DNA of 64,000 nt from Marsupella aquatica (GCA_973895155.1 OZ316898.1:7489079-7553078), one strand, 5' to 3'; counted from the stretch's first letter, positions 10,545 through 23,700 are shown. Notes: generated by a model from the sequence alone, not told the origin. Translations and numbers: made by a program.

Positions 10545-11520
10545 GGGTACTCAAAGTACCATGCAGACTGGGCTGGAAGGATCCCAAGTCTGACATACTC
10601 AAGGTGCAACATCTCTACCTTGCGTGCAAGCCGCACATGTTCAGCATTGCGGGTCCTCACCATAAGTGTTGCTTTTGTGGAGTGTCATGTGTTCACGTCC
10701 TCTGATAAGCACCTTCGATCAACAAGGTGAGCAGGAGCTGTACTTGCCTCACCAACAGCAACCAACCTTAAATTATCAGTTCCCACTCATTGTGTCATTC
10801 CATTGGTTCCAGCTAGGGGTCACAATGTAAACATAGCATGAAACACTCCTAATCAACTTGCTTACAAACTACAATACCCAGAAAGAGTGAAAGTCTCACC
10901 CTCCAGTGAGCAGCAGAGAGGTAGTTCACTGGATGTGTTGATGTGCAGTTAAACCTCCACTATTGCTTACTTCCGGTGTATGCTGCTCAGTCGGAGACAT
11001 ATTAGTAGCAGCAAATTGCAAATAATGGCCATAAGCAAACCGTGAGAGTACTCAAAGTACCATGCAGATTGGGCTGGAAGAATCCCCAGTCTGACATACT
11101 CAAGGCGCAACATCTCTGCCTTGAGTGCAAGCCACACATGTTCAGCGTTGCGGGTCCTCACCATAAATGTTGCTTTTGTTGTGATGTCCTCTGTTCACGT
11201 CCTTTGATGAGCAAGGCGAGCAGGAGGTTGACTTGCCTTGCCCACAGCAACCAACCTGCACTTATCAGCTCCCACTCACTAAATTGGTTCCAACTACAGG
11301 TCACAATATACACATAGCATGAAAGGTGCATAGTACATATTTGATGCTAAGTTCCTGAGACAAAGAGCATGTATATAAAACCATGTTCTCCATGGACATG
11401 TACATAAATCATATTTGGATCCTGTTTTTTCATCCAGAAAGATCGAAAGTCTCACCTTGCAGGTTGCAGCAAAGAGAAAACTCACTGGTTGTCGTGTTGT
11501 GCAAGTGAACCTCCACTGAG
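10545..11520 (-). repeat. Segmental duplication carrying two copies of a small ORF (MVRTRNAEHV..EYVRLGILPAQSAWYFEY)
   Basis: About 10545-10840 aligns with about 11047-11325, and about 10890-10965 with about 11445-11520. ORFs 10214..10663 and 10967..11164 share 35 of their first 39 aa. Confidence 0.8.
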
Positions 11521-13174
11521 GTGGCAAAAAGCAGACAAAGCTTCAGGAAGATGGGAAAGATGATCCTCGCCCATCATCCCCTATAAAATCTACACATAGG
11601 ACGGACGCCCGGGGACATTTATCATGAAAATTGAAGATCCATTCAACAACTCCATGACAGCCTATTCCGCATTGTGTCCGCCCCATGCAAGCGAGGGGTG
11701 TTCAGCCGAGCTTAGTCTAACCATGAATGATTGTTCTGGAAGCAGTTGCGACAATGTTTTGGTTTTTTTCTCCTATCCAACTCAATAGCTCACAAACATG
11801 GCATTGGACCCATTAACAAATTATACTTGCCATCATTCTCAACTGTATTACATGGCCCACACTGCTGACGTCCCTGACTCTTAAGGGAAACTCATCTCCT
11901 GGGCCAGCAACATCTCAGATTCTTCAAAAATGAGAAACTATGAAGACTTCTTGAACTCCTATCCTGTGACTGTAGCATGTATGATTTGCTGGGACTGCAG
12001 GCAGTTCTGGATCCTGTTGCGGTTTATATACAGCAGCAACCTGAGCTCCATGAATTTGTTTTTAATAGACATGCGTTTGACCACGGCTACAACTCCAAAA
12101 CAATCACCAAATCAAATCATAACAAAACCCACTCGAAAGCTGAACACTAGAACACTGGAACACACTCAAACAGGTTCTGCAAGGATGGCTCTCTGTCGGA
12201 TCGGCTAGAGAATCAGGCAGGCTTCCTATTACGGTCTGCTGAGAGCCTTACACTCTGGATTAGACTCTGAATCCAAACGCGAGTCTACGCTTTCCGTTGC
12301 TGGTCACAGCGACGGGCAATCAGGATGATGCCATGCCGAGTAGAAGAACAAGAAAGCATTCCATAAAAGGCACTGAGATGAACCGTATAGTAAAAGTGGT
12401 AGTACTTCCGGTAGCGCGACCGACTCGCTATGTGACAGTCCGGAAAAAAGCTGAAAGGCTGAACTTAGGAGATAGATTCCGTGCTCAATGTGACAGGTTT
12501 TTTGAAATGATCAAGCCAAGGTGCAAAGGAAAACTGATTGAAGGTGGCATGGGAAAGTTGTCAATGCAGGAGAAACTCTTGCCTTAGAGTAACCTTGTAA
12601 CCAGGTAACAATGCAGGAGAAACTCTTGCCTTAGAGTGCTCGACGCTCCTTCAGCTGGATAGGGGCAGCTCCAAGTACACGGTCTGGTCCAATCACCACC
12701 TGCTTTGTTACAAGAAGGTGGACTAAGCCACAGCTGACGTCAATCATGCTATAAAAAATGGACAGATGAGCCGTGCACAGTAAAAAATGGACAGATGAGC
12801 CGTGTCACGGAAGCATATAGTCATTCCTCAATATTAAACGAGACTATGAGAGGGCATATATAAGTTCACGACCAGGAAAGAGTCTCACCTTGCAGCACGG
12901 AGATTCTCAAAGCGCACCAAGATGAGTCCTTGTAGCAGGTGAATGTTGGGCGGTGTCATGTAAGGCGCAAATCAATAGCTCGCTACCTCCTGTCTCCCCG
13001 TCTGTCTCCCGTGCACTTCTACCTCCCCGTCCGACTTCCCGTCTGTCTCCCACGTACTTAAATTGAAGTTTTAACAAAAACTATCAACACCAAGTGCATC
13101 AAATGCCAACATATTCACATTGCAGAGCATAAAAGTAGTCACAGTTCATGAATCAGTTCCCTATCGAATCATGG

Positions 13175-13680
13175 GCACTACGCCGAGCACTGCGCAAGAG
13201 ACTGGGATAGACACTGCAAACATGGGGACTTTTGTTTGGCAAGAAATCTGGACATCAAACCTTCAGCAGCGGCAACGGGAAGCATTACATCAGACGAGTG
13301 GACATCAAATGAGCAGTCCAATTATAGGCAAACGGCGACTGACATAGAAGAGGGAAAAAATGTGCATTGACATAGCGGACATGCGCGCATTGACATAGCG
13401 GAGGGGAGCAAAACTACATAAGCCAAGTGACCTTTTTAAGGCCCACAATTTCAAGGGGAGGGACAAAGAGAGCAAGCACTCCAATCTATTCAATCCCTTT
13501 CGCAAGTAGCCGCCGAAATCTACTTCTTGGGGTCCAGCCCACGGATGTAGATCATGCAAGGTGGTCAATCACAGTAAGTGTAATCACTACGCCGAGCACT
13601 GCGCAAGAGATTGGGACAGAGACTGCAAACATGGGGACTCACAGGCAAGAAATCTGGACATCAAACCTTCAGCAGCGATC
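13175..13680. repeat. Direct repeat (~95 bp, two copies) inside the CACTA 5' region
   Basis: CACTACGCCGAGCACTGCGCAAGAGA...GGCAAGAAATCTGGACATCAAACCTTCAGCAGCG occurs at about 13175-13270 and about 13585-13677. Confidence 0.85.
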
Positions 13681-14769
13681 GATGGGCCTTAATTCACAGG
13701 TCGCCTAGCTCGGTCCCTTGTTGCAGCTCGCCCAGCTCCACAACACCATAGACAAGGAGTTCGCAGGTCCAGTTTCCACCACGCAGCGTTAGCAAAACAA
13801 AAATGCTTGATCTTCGCCCTCCGCCCTCCGCCCTTTGCCCGAACCCCAAAATATCACAAGCGCAGCTCCAACGTCCAACCGACAACCCTCCCCCGAGCTT
13901 TGTTAGACAAAAATCAGCACAACACAACTGAGCTCGACGGAAATAAGCTCAGCACCCACCGCAGCTGAACAAAGCTCACACAAGAGCTCATACGGGAGCT
14001 TGCTGTGGGAGTAAAAGAAAAATAGGAGGGCCGATGGCAGCCCACAACTCCCACACCCTGCTCCTTCACAACTTTGGCGAGCTCCTTTGCAACTCCAATG
14101 CAAACTACTATCCACAATTGTAAATGCACATCGATCAGCCAAACCTAAACCCTCCCACTGAGCTCAAACTCCCGCGCAGCACTCCCGCAGTAGCACTCCT
14201 GCAACAACACATTGCATAGCACTCCCGCAGCACATTGCACATCCTCCCGCAACACTTTGCACAGCGCTCCCGCAGCTCCTGGAGACCTGATTGAAGCCTT
14301 GATTGCACACTCTTCAGGCAAAACAGCAGCGCAACCTTGCTAAACCCCTTGACCCTCTCGCCCTAAACGCTGAGTGGCAGACACTAACCGCAACATTCAA
14401 CGTTGAGCCTCGATACTTTGTGAGAAAAGTAAAACACGACTGAAAGGCGCGAGGGTGAAAAGGGTGCAAAGAGCCGTTTGGCGCCAACCTTGCTATGACA
14501 TGGCAGCCCCTAGAGTGATCTCAGCCATCCGGATGAAAAGAGATTGCCTTGAGTGATCTCGACCATCAATATGCAGGTTTCATGTTAACCCCAGGCCCCC
14601 ATTCCCTCTACTTCAAGTGTCTAAATTAATTACACTCCAAGCCTTGTCTAGCCCCTAAAAAACTAGTGCTAAGTCATGACTACTCGGCCCTCTCAAAGTA
14701 TAGCCCAGCTGAGTAAACTTCCAATATGCGACTTTTTGATGGTGGGGATCGATGGACTCCATCCAATGG

Positions 14770-15260
14770 TCCCTAAACCCCCCATCCCCTTAACCCTAAA
14801 CCCCCCACCCTTGACATCTCAACCCTCCACCCTTGACATATAAACCCCCCCTAAACCCCCTTTAGTGAAAACTCAGCCACCCCCGCACCTTGACATATAA
14901 ACCCCCTAAATGTCTTGACAACTCGACTGTGGCCAGACTGTTTTTGCAATGCCACGGGCCGTTTTAGAGCGCCGCTTGCAAGCTCAGGATCAATGAAGCA
15001 TGTTGCCTCCAGCTCTCCAAATCCTCCCAAGGCAGCAAACAAGTTAGGGTCCACGGTCCCTGTTCGTTTACCCTAAATCGCTGCGTCACTATTTCAATTG
15101 AGTGTTCTCTGACCCTAAACCCCCTTTACTGACCCCCACCCCCTTGAGACCTAACCGGCCCACCCTTGGCATATAAACCCCCCTAAACCCCTTTAGTGGT
15201 GAACCCCCACACCCTTCGCATGTAACTGGCCCACCCTTGAGCCCTAAACCCCCCCAAACC
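14770..15260. repeat. CACTA subterminal repeat arrays (candidate TnpA binding sites)
   Basis: CCCTAAACCC at 14771, 14794, 14849, 15113, 15181 and 15242, interspersed with CCACCCTTG(A/G)CAT motifs in two blocks. Confidence 0.7.
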
Positions 15261-15495
15261 CACTATGGAGTATATTCAAAATTAGGGAATTTCAACATTT
15301 ACGCCGTTTGTCCGTGTTCAAGTTAGCGGGATGTTGGTAAAGAGGTCGTCAAATGAATTGTGCCCCCCCCCATATGCCCATTATCAAATGAAAGCCCACA
15401 ACTAAACCCTACAACCCATCATGTGCTAGAGTGTTCATACATTCACAAAGAAGGGTACTTTTCATAGTCTTATCCAAAACCAAAAAGCACTCACA

Positions 15496-15508
15496 GTCTT
15501 TTGTAGTG
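15496..15508 (-). mobile_element. Putative CACTA terminal inverted repeat (5' end of the element)
   Basis: The minus strand reads CACTACAAAAGAC, about 250 bp outside the subterminal repeats. The predicted 3-bp TSD is TTC (15509-15511). Confidence 0.65.
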
Positions 15509-17179
15509 TTCATGTGAACCGTGGCAATGGTTTTGAGTCATTTAAGGTTGCCAAAAAGGACTTAGTGGCCTTAGTCCTATAAGGTTTGGTCTAAATTGCC
15601 CCAGTTTCTACTAGTGACATCCTAACCATAGTTCAACCCAAGACTGAGTTAACCTCTACATATATTTACTTTTTTTAACTTGATGGCCTTACACATTTGA
15701 CCAAAGGTAAGTACCCTTTCCTAGAGCCTAACTAAAGTGGTATGGGTGCAAGAAAGGTCAGCCCCTAAATCTGGTATTCATTCCCCTATGCCGACTTTGG
15801 TTTGCAAGCTATCGGGACCCCCTCATGGCCTCGGCTAAAAGTATATTTGAGTGATTCTTTTTCTGGGTTTCCACCTTCACCAAGGGGTGCCTTACCTTCC
15901 CCTAACTCAGCACAAAAACATTTGGGCCCCAACGGATACCCCTAGCCGAAGTTATGCCCATTCTCCCAAGGCCTAGTTTTGGTGTAAAGCGGTGACCCGA
16001 TTACACTTACCTTACACGCCCCTTATGGAGATTCCAAGTGTCACCAGGGGAGACTCTCGTGCTTATGAAGGGAATTATATTTACTAAGGGAGAGAGAGAG
16101 TGGCTCGGTTCACAAGAGGATTGTCCAGCAGCATGTCAATCCTCCATAGCTCTAATTCTCCATCAGCCAGAATAGCTACTTCTCCAGCAGCCATAACTTG
16201 CAGCTATTTGTAGTATTGCACTAAGAACATAAATCAGCACTTAATGTCCAAAACTCGGTATTCGATCCCATGGAAGAACAAGAAAGGAATGATTTTCTAT
16301 CATTTAACACTTATGAATGATTAAGGTAACAAAAACATAGGTTTGAGCCTTTTACTATGATTGCCCAGCAAGGCATAGATTTGAATGTTTGCTTAACATT
16401 GTAAATGCAATTAATAAAATGGAAACAAATAACAAAACACAATAAAATCTTGAGGTATGATGAGGGAGTCTGAAAAACACCAAGGTAACTTCTCATCAAT
16501 ACTTCATTTGATGTGATTTGGGTGGTATATCCGTAAGAACATTTCTGGAATGGTTTACTGTACTAGGATGATTACTAAAATGCCGTCAACACGTCTCAAC
16601 TTTTCCTTCCAAAGGTACTCAGAAGAAACTAGTAATCAATCACTTCGATATCCAGTCGGTACTCTGAGTCACGAATAATAAACACCATCATGATCAAATT
16701 GAAGTCACAGGTAATTGGTGAGTAACAATCTTTGCATCCGTGCACAAGCAATATCACGCCAAAAACTATGCATCAAGAACTCAAGAAGATGGGTTATCAC
16801 CACTTAAGGAATCTATTCCCTCATACTTCTGAGATTCAACTTCATACAAGTAATTTTACTTCAATGATCTAAACTCTCAATCATTCAGACCAAGGAAGGG
16901 AGAAGAATTCCTTTGTATTTGCAAGCTCCATACCATACGAAAACACACGGAAGCTTTGCAAAGGTGATTATAGTACTGCAGCACATGCCACAGGCACTAC
17001 TTTATTTCTTCACACTTGAAAATGACACAAATTCTACTTCATATAGGCTAGCAGGAACCCAAGGAGACTGAGATACTGAAAGGATATGCCCTTTCATATC
17101 TAAAGGGTCTTGAATAAACTTAATGACGGTCATCCTTGAAAAGTGAATGGACACTGCTGAAAGTGTCGAAAATGCAGGG

Positions 17180-17763
17180 GACGCTTCAGAAAGCGTCGAG
17201 GTTTGAGCGGACGTTTTGCAAAGCGTCGGTGTTTGCGGTAAAACTAATAAACAGTGATCTTAATCTAATTTTAACTTCTAAACTGAGAGTCGAAATGAGT
17301 TGAAACTTTTCTAGGGTACTCTACTACATATAGTCTATATGCTTGAAAAGTTTCAGACTTTTCTGAGACTTCTAAGTGCCTCAAATAAATCGGTAAAAGT
17401 GGCGCGGTGTTATAAAAGTGCGAAAACTGAAAAAATTTCTAAGTGTCGGGAACATAGTGGACGCTTCAGAAAGCGTCCAAAACTACAAAGGACTTTTGTG
17501 GACGCTTCAGAAAGCGTCGTCGAAACTTTGATGTCTTGGCCGCAGCGTCCGTCTTCTGGTCTTCGGGTGGGACGCTTCAGTGGCGTCGCAGTGTCGATGT
17601 CGCCTTCGGGGTAGCGGACGCTTCTGTGGGCGTCGCTCCTCATGTGGATTGCAGAGCGTGGGAGTACAGCTGGTTGGGTGGCGGACGCTTCAGAAAGCGT
17701 CATGGTCTTGGGTGGACGCTTTTCAAAGCGTCCAAAAATACAAGGGACGCTTCACAAAGCGTC
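17180..17763. repeat. Array of ~9 palindromic motifs GACGCTT-N4-AAGCGTC
   Basis: Copies at about 17180, 17210, 17460, 17501, 17571, 17617, 17684, 17715 and 17746, some degenerate. Confidence 0.8.
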
Positions 17764-20700
17764 GGCGAAGTCGCGGCTATGCAAAAAACAGCAAAACTAA
17801 ATTAATTTTAACTTTCAAACCACATGTCGGTTTGAGATGAAACTTGCAGGGATGATTCTACTACGCAACTACTACCTCCTGAAAAAATATGAGACTTTTC
17901 TGACCATGATAGCTATTTAACTAAAATAGCAGAGATCGGCTGATTGTGATAATTGTATACAGAGCTCATTCTTGTTGAAAAAGTGTTTTGGAGGCCGGTT
18001 CTTGAATCTTCTAGTCTGCATTGCTTCTCCAATGATGTCCAGTCTTCTTTCTTGGTAGCATGTAAAGAGCAAGGATTTATATTGGCGATCCTTGTCCAAT
18101 AGAGGCAATAGCCTCCGATGAAGCATAACATTAGGTAAAGTGTTTGGTTGATCTAAATTGCTACAAAAGGTAATTGGATTGTACCTTGAGTTAGAAAAAG
18201 TTTAAAATTTATAAAATTTCCATCATTTCTAACTAATGTATAGCATTACACTATTCAATTCATTAGCAGCGACAGCCCACATCCAGCCATAGCTCACAGC
18301 TCACCTAGTCAATTCTGCAGCTAGCCCACCTCTTCAATTTCGTAGCTAGCAGCACAACAGCACATTCTAAGCATAGTAGCAGATTCAAAGCATAGCAGCA
18401 GCAGCCATAACTTGATTCCTTCTCAGTAACTAGCTCTATTCCAATCACTCAACCAAGCAGGTCTCTCTTCTCAATTTTGTAGCTGCCCACCTCTGCAATT
18501 TTGTAGCTAGTAGCAATCCTATTTTGCAGCCATAGCTCTTCAATTCATAGCAGCAGCCATAGCTCGATTCAATAACTAGCCCTCTTTCTCTCTTGCAGCT
18601 GGTCTTTGTTGATCCGCTACTACATTCAATCAATTCTTGTGTAGTAGTCCATCTGATCAGCCGCCAGCCCTTCAATTTTGTAGCCCACCATAGCTCACAG
18701 CCAGCCAGCCATCTCTTGATCAGTAGTAGCCCATTTTCTCCATAGCACGCAACTTGATTCCAATCATGATCATCAAGGCGGCCAGCCAATTCTGATCAGC
18801 AGCATGCAGCCAGGTCAATTCAAGTGGCCCTTCTTTCAATTCAGTTGCCCTTGTGCTCAATTGGCACTTCAAGCAACATGCAGCACCTTTGGATAGCCTC
18901 CTTGTGCTTGACTTCCTCACTGGCCTCATGCTTGAGTCGTAGCTTACGCATCGTCGTTCCCCAACACTTAGAAAAAGGTCATTTTTTCTGGAAAAACCTG
19001 CATTTTTAGGCTGTTTTTGACTGCCATGAGTCCAAAATGACTTCTGAGTAGATACACATATTCTCTGGACATAGGCCTATGTCCTGGTTTACTACTATCT
19101 AGACAAAACCTTATCACCAATTTTCTAAAATTAGTTAAAGTGGGTTAATTATTATGTTTTCCAAAATTCTTCTCAACTTTGAGATGCTCCCAAAAAGTAA
19201 CCAAGGATAATCAAGTTCTACCACAAGTTCCCAAGGATAGAGTGGACCATATTTAACCCACTTCCAAACTTGGAACTCCTAAATTTACTCATCAGCTATT
19301 TTCCTGGGACCCGTTATTTTGTTAATTTAAGTCACACCGAAACACAAGGAAACCCTAGGTTGAGACCCCACTTGACATCTAACTTTTTAGAGGTGCTCTA
19401 GGGACCTCCTAGCATCTAGGGGAAAAATCTGAACCAAACTAAGACTTCAAGTGTCGAGTTGTTTCTCCGGCTCGGAATAGTCGCCTATTCTAAATAAGGA
19501 CGAAACATTGTATGCTCCATCATAAAGACTTTTCTTATCCCTTGTCACTTGCTGACAACTCAGTAACCTTCCATTCCACTGTCTTTCCTATTCTACCTAC
19601 TTAAGTTCCTAAAACCTAGTTACTCCGATAGCACTTAACACATCTTTCTTACTATTCCTTGTTCAAAAAGCAAAAACAATGACAAGTTTCTTACATAAAC
19701 CTATATCAAGCCATTCCACAATCCCGGGCTACATTGAGTAGCAAATTGAGTTCAAAAGGCGGGAGGAGGAAATTAATTGCCAATGGGAGGCAGCACAAAA
19801 TCTCACTTTCCTCGAAGAAAGCTCCAACGCATTCAACTAGAATATGGCTACTCCACCGTAATTGACTACCATCCGGCCTATCATCCTGGTCACGCGGATA
19901 CCAACCAATCAGGCCCAGGTTCACACAAAAATAAAAAAAATAGACTACAATAATCAGAAAGAGTCAACTCTACACCTGGTTGTCCAGATCAAAATGCAGC
20001 ATACATACTTCTCGAATCATTCAGATTTGGCCTTGCCATTTTGTTGACAATAAAGGTTCTACGTCAAGTTTTATTTAACTATTGTGTCACAAAATTCAGG
20101 TTGTATAATGAAATATAGTACATATACTTTTGGAACCATTCACATTTGGCAATGGTATACTATATTGTTGTAAGTAAAGGTTTGAATTAGAAGTATTTCG
20201 GGAAATTATTCATGAAAAAGAGGAATTATGAATGTAATCTCATGAAATTCAGGATGGCTGAGTTCTTGCCAGCTGAGGAAGAAAATGACACAAGTTGATA
20301 TCTGAACAAGGCTTTCAATGCCTCACGCAAAACCCTATAAACTGGCAACTTGAACAACTACAAAATTGAGAAGAGAAGCTCTTGGTTGGCTGAGTGAGGA
20401 GAGCTATGGTTGCTGATTGGAATAGAGCTGGCTATTGAGAAGGAATTGAGATGGCTGCTGTTGCAAAATTGAATCATGCATAGAGCTATGCTGCTGGCTA
20501 GTGAATAGGCTGTTGTTGATCATAATAGACAGCTGCAAAATTGAGGAGAGGAGAGTTGGCTGTCTTGATACTGCTTGAGAAGAAGTAGAGCTCAAGCTGA
20601 GCTATGGTTGTTGTGCTTTGAAGCTACTATGATGGGCTACAGTGTTGATTGGGCTACAAAATTGAAGGTTGGCTAACTGATTGCAAGGCCACTTTGAATT

Positions 20701-23700
20701 AGATTGAGAGGGTGCTAAGTGAATGACCGACTGGCTGATTTGAGGATCAAGTAGGGACAAGGGGCAACTACAAATACAAGATGCTTCATGGGGCTGAGCT
20801 ATGGAAGGCTGGGAGGAGGGCGTAGCTATCCCAAGAGAAAACACAGCCATTAAGAATCAAGAGTGATTGCTGAATCAACAAGCTATGGTTGTTGTTTCCT
20901 TCTGGACAATTTGAAATTTCTAAAATTTCTTCCATAGCCTTGACATTCTTGAGTTATAGTGAGGATTCCTCCCCTGGTGACACCTGAAATCCCCATAAGG
21001 GGAATGTAAAGGCTAAGTGTAAATGGGATGATATTTATACCTACTTTACAACCAAAATAGTCAAACTAAAATGGGGATAGCTTGGGCTAAGGACATCCAT
21101 TGGGGCCCAATTTTTTTTGTGTTGAGCAGGGAAAGTAAGGCATCCCTTAGTGAAGGTGAAAACCCAGGAAAAGAAATACCCAAAGATATTTTTAGCCAAG
21201 ACCAAAAGGAGGTCCCGATAACTTGCAAATCGGAGTCCACATAGGAAAATGAACACCAGATTTAGGGACTAACTTTTATCGCACACATACCACTTTAGTT
21301 AGGCTCTAGGGAAGGTACTTAGCTTTGGGCAAAGCTACAAGGTCGTTAGGGTAAGGAAAGTAAGTTGATAGAGCAGTTTACTTAGGGTAGTAATAGGGTT
21401 ACAAGTCAAATAAGACCAACTTTGACTAGGCATAACTTGGGACTCATTCACTCTTTTTGTGAGCTTTTAAGTGGGTTGGAAAGCTAGTGAAGAGGATCAT
21501 AAGTGGGAGCAATTTTGTCCAAGGTCAAAGCATGCATCCATGTATGGTATATTCCAGGGCTGGGAAGGAGTCAAAACAATAGGTTGTAGAGTGGGCTATG
21601 AACTATAGATTTGGACTTTGTGTGTTAGAAAGACTTGGGGGAGTTGTAGTTGAACCCAGGTTAAGCTTAGTGTGTTGTGGAATGAGAATAATATATAAAG
21701 TATAAGTTTTTATTTGTTAAGGGCGCAGAAAAAGTCAGCCCCGCATAGGGAGGCAAGCCGAAAGGGCCACCAAGGCGACACACGTTGAAGGGAGAGGCAA
21801 GTTAATTCTCCCCAATGTTGGGGAAGTAGGTACAAGGCCCCCAGACCTGGGGAGGGCAAGCAAAAGCCAAGGAGGGCAGTTAAAGGGATCCCCTAGTCCA
21901 GGGGGCATAGATCAAGGTGCAAAGGAGAAAGGTGAGGCATGTAATGCTCTCGAACCCCAGGAGGCATCAATGGAGGGGGTAAAGGCGAGTGAGGAAGGGG
22001 GCATCGATGCTCCCGGCTCCCAGGAGTGGTAAAGAGGCAAGGATGCAGTTCAGCCCCGACCTTAAGTGTGCGCGTGATTAAGGGGGATTTGGTTGCCAAG
22101 GAGCAAGCATAAGAGGGAAGTACTGTATTTTCCCCCTCAATTTTCTTTCTTTTCCTCACATTTTTTAGAGCTTCCCTCGAGCTTCTGAGAGCGTCCCTCA
22201 AGCTTCCGAAAGCTCATTTTGAAGCTCCACAATTTTGAATAATGTTGTGTCAACAATCCTGGCCTTAAATTTGGGCTATGCTTTTGGGGGGCGCATGACC
22301 ACCAATAAAGGTGAGTTTCGGGCAAGAAGGGGTGTCAGTAGTGGCCTTGGTTAGTCTAAGTCAAGCTATATACATAGCGAATTCTATATTGTTTTGTATT
22401 CACGGACATCATAGATATATTTGGATTCCACCATTGGAACACACCCACAGTTAATGGCTTGGACTAACTCTTGGCTTGGGGACTTTCAAGCCATTGCCAA
22501 CAACAAGAACTTGCGACGTCTTCAACACACTTTCTCACAATCCCAACCATTAGTCCGCACCTTGTACGTCCATTGAAATGGCACCTTTGTCAAAGACAAG
22601 TTATGCACAATACACATACTACTCGCAAAGATCAAAGGGAAAGACCAAGTTTGCTTAGATAAAGAAGTAGCATGTACATGGTTGACTCAACTTCTAAGCG
22701 ACCAGCAGGCCTAACAATAGTCAATGCCCAGTCTCTACGAGACCCTGTCTCGCACTTGCCCAACTTGCACTTGCCCAATAAGCTCAACTTTGTCTCTCAC
22801 TCCTTGATGCTCTCTAATCCCCGTGCACCATACGTGTTGTCGGATGCCAATTTAGGTGATAAGTAGGAACTAGAGAAAAATAGAGTAACCATAGTTAGGA
22901 GTAACCATAGTTAGGAGTATGTGTAGGTATAGAGTGAGGAATGATGCATAGTAGAAAGTAGAAGGACAAAATAGTTGAATAGTGACTGCCAAAAATGGTT
23001 AGATAGACCTTGGTTATGTTAAGGAGAAGTAGGTTAAGTTGAGTAATTTAAACACTTACAATATAGAAGACACCGGATGGCCTACTCTGCTGATTTATCA
23101 AAAAGTCACAAGGTAAAATTATGTCATGACCTTCACAGCATAGGTAGTGTTAGGTCCAAAGAACGCACTAACAAAGTTCTATCCCAAACAAAGGTCCCAA
23201 TAACAAGAAAAAAATTTGGAGAAATTAGGGCTTTGTGATGAGGAACTGAAGTAAGGAAGGATTCAAACCAAGACAAAAGTGGGCTATGAGAGTTCATACA
23301 GGGTGCCACATGTCTTCATCAGACTTAGCCTCATTAGGAGACAAGATACAATAAAATAAACGTAGTTGTAAGGAGAGACAGGAAAAATCCAAGCAATAGT
23401 TTAAGGATGGCAGTTGGGTGCAATGAATGGAAACTAAGTCCTTCCATAAGGACAACATTAGTTGACTCGTGAAAAGCAAAGAGAACACACAAAGTAGCTT
23501 AATTTTAGGCAGGGAGATAAGGAGATAGTTGGCTGATGGTTGTGTGGATGGAGAATTCACTTCTACTAAATGGGATCAACTGGCCAATGCTTCAATTGAA
23601 TTTGTTCCTCCATCTAGAAGCTCGTTGCTGTTGGAGGAGTTCTATGTTGTGCTACTATGGGGAGTGAGGCGCTGCTTCTATTGAGGTTGCTAGCTACAGC

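Larger units (their letters stand above)
1673..15508 (-). mobile_element. Large CACTA (En/Spm) DNA transposon, at least 13.8 kb; left part interrupted by the gypsy insertion
   Basis: TnpD-type transposase on the minus strand; subterminal repeat arrays at 14770-15260; TTTTGTAGTG ending at 15508 (CACTACAAAA on the minus strand). The other terminus is not in the window. Confidence 0.75.

Noticed and set aside
12297-12587. 96-aa basic plus-strand ORF in the CACTA
   Set aside because: Opposite strand to all other element ORFs, no recognisable motif, and it ends in a local duplication.
15605-15616. Alternative CACTA terminus TTTCTACTAGTG (CACTAGTAGAAA on the minus strand)
   Set aside because: It also fits a CACTA consensus, but it lies further from the subterminal repeats and close to the adjoining repeat block. 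15508 is preferred; only the opposite end plus TSD can decide.
17180-17763. CRISPR-like array of palindromic repeats
   Set aside because: Eukaryotic context, short degenerate repeats, very unequal spacers and no cas genes.
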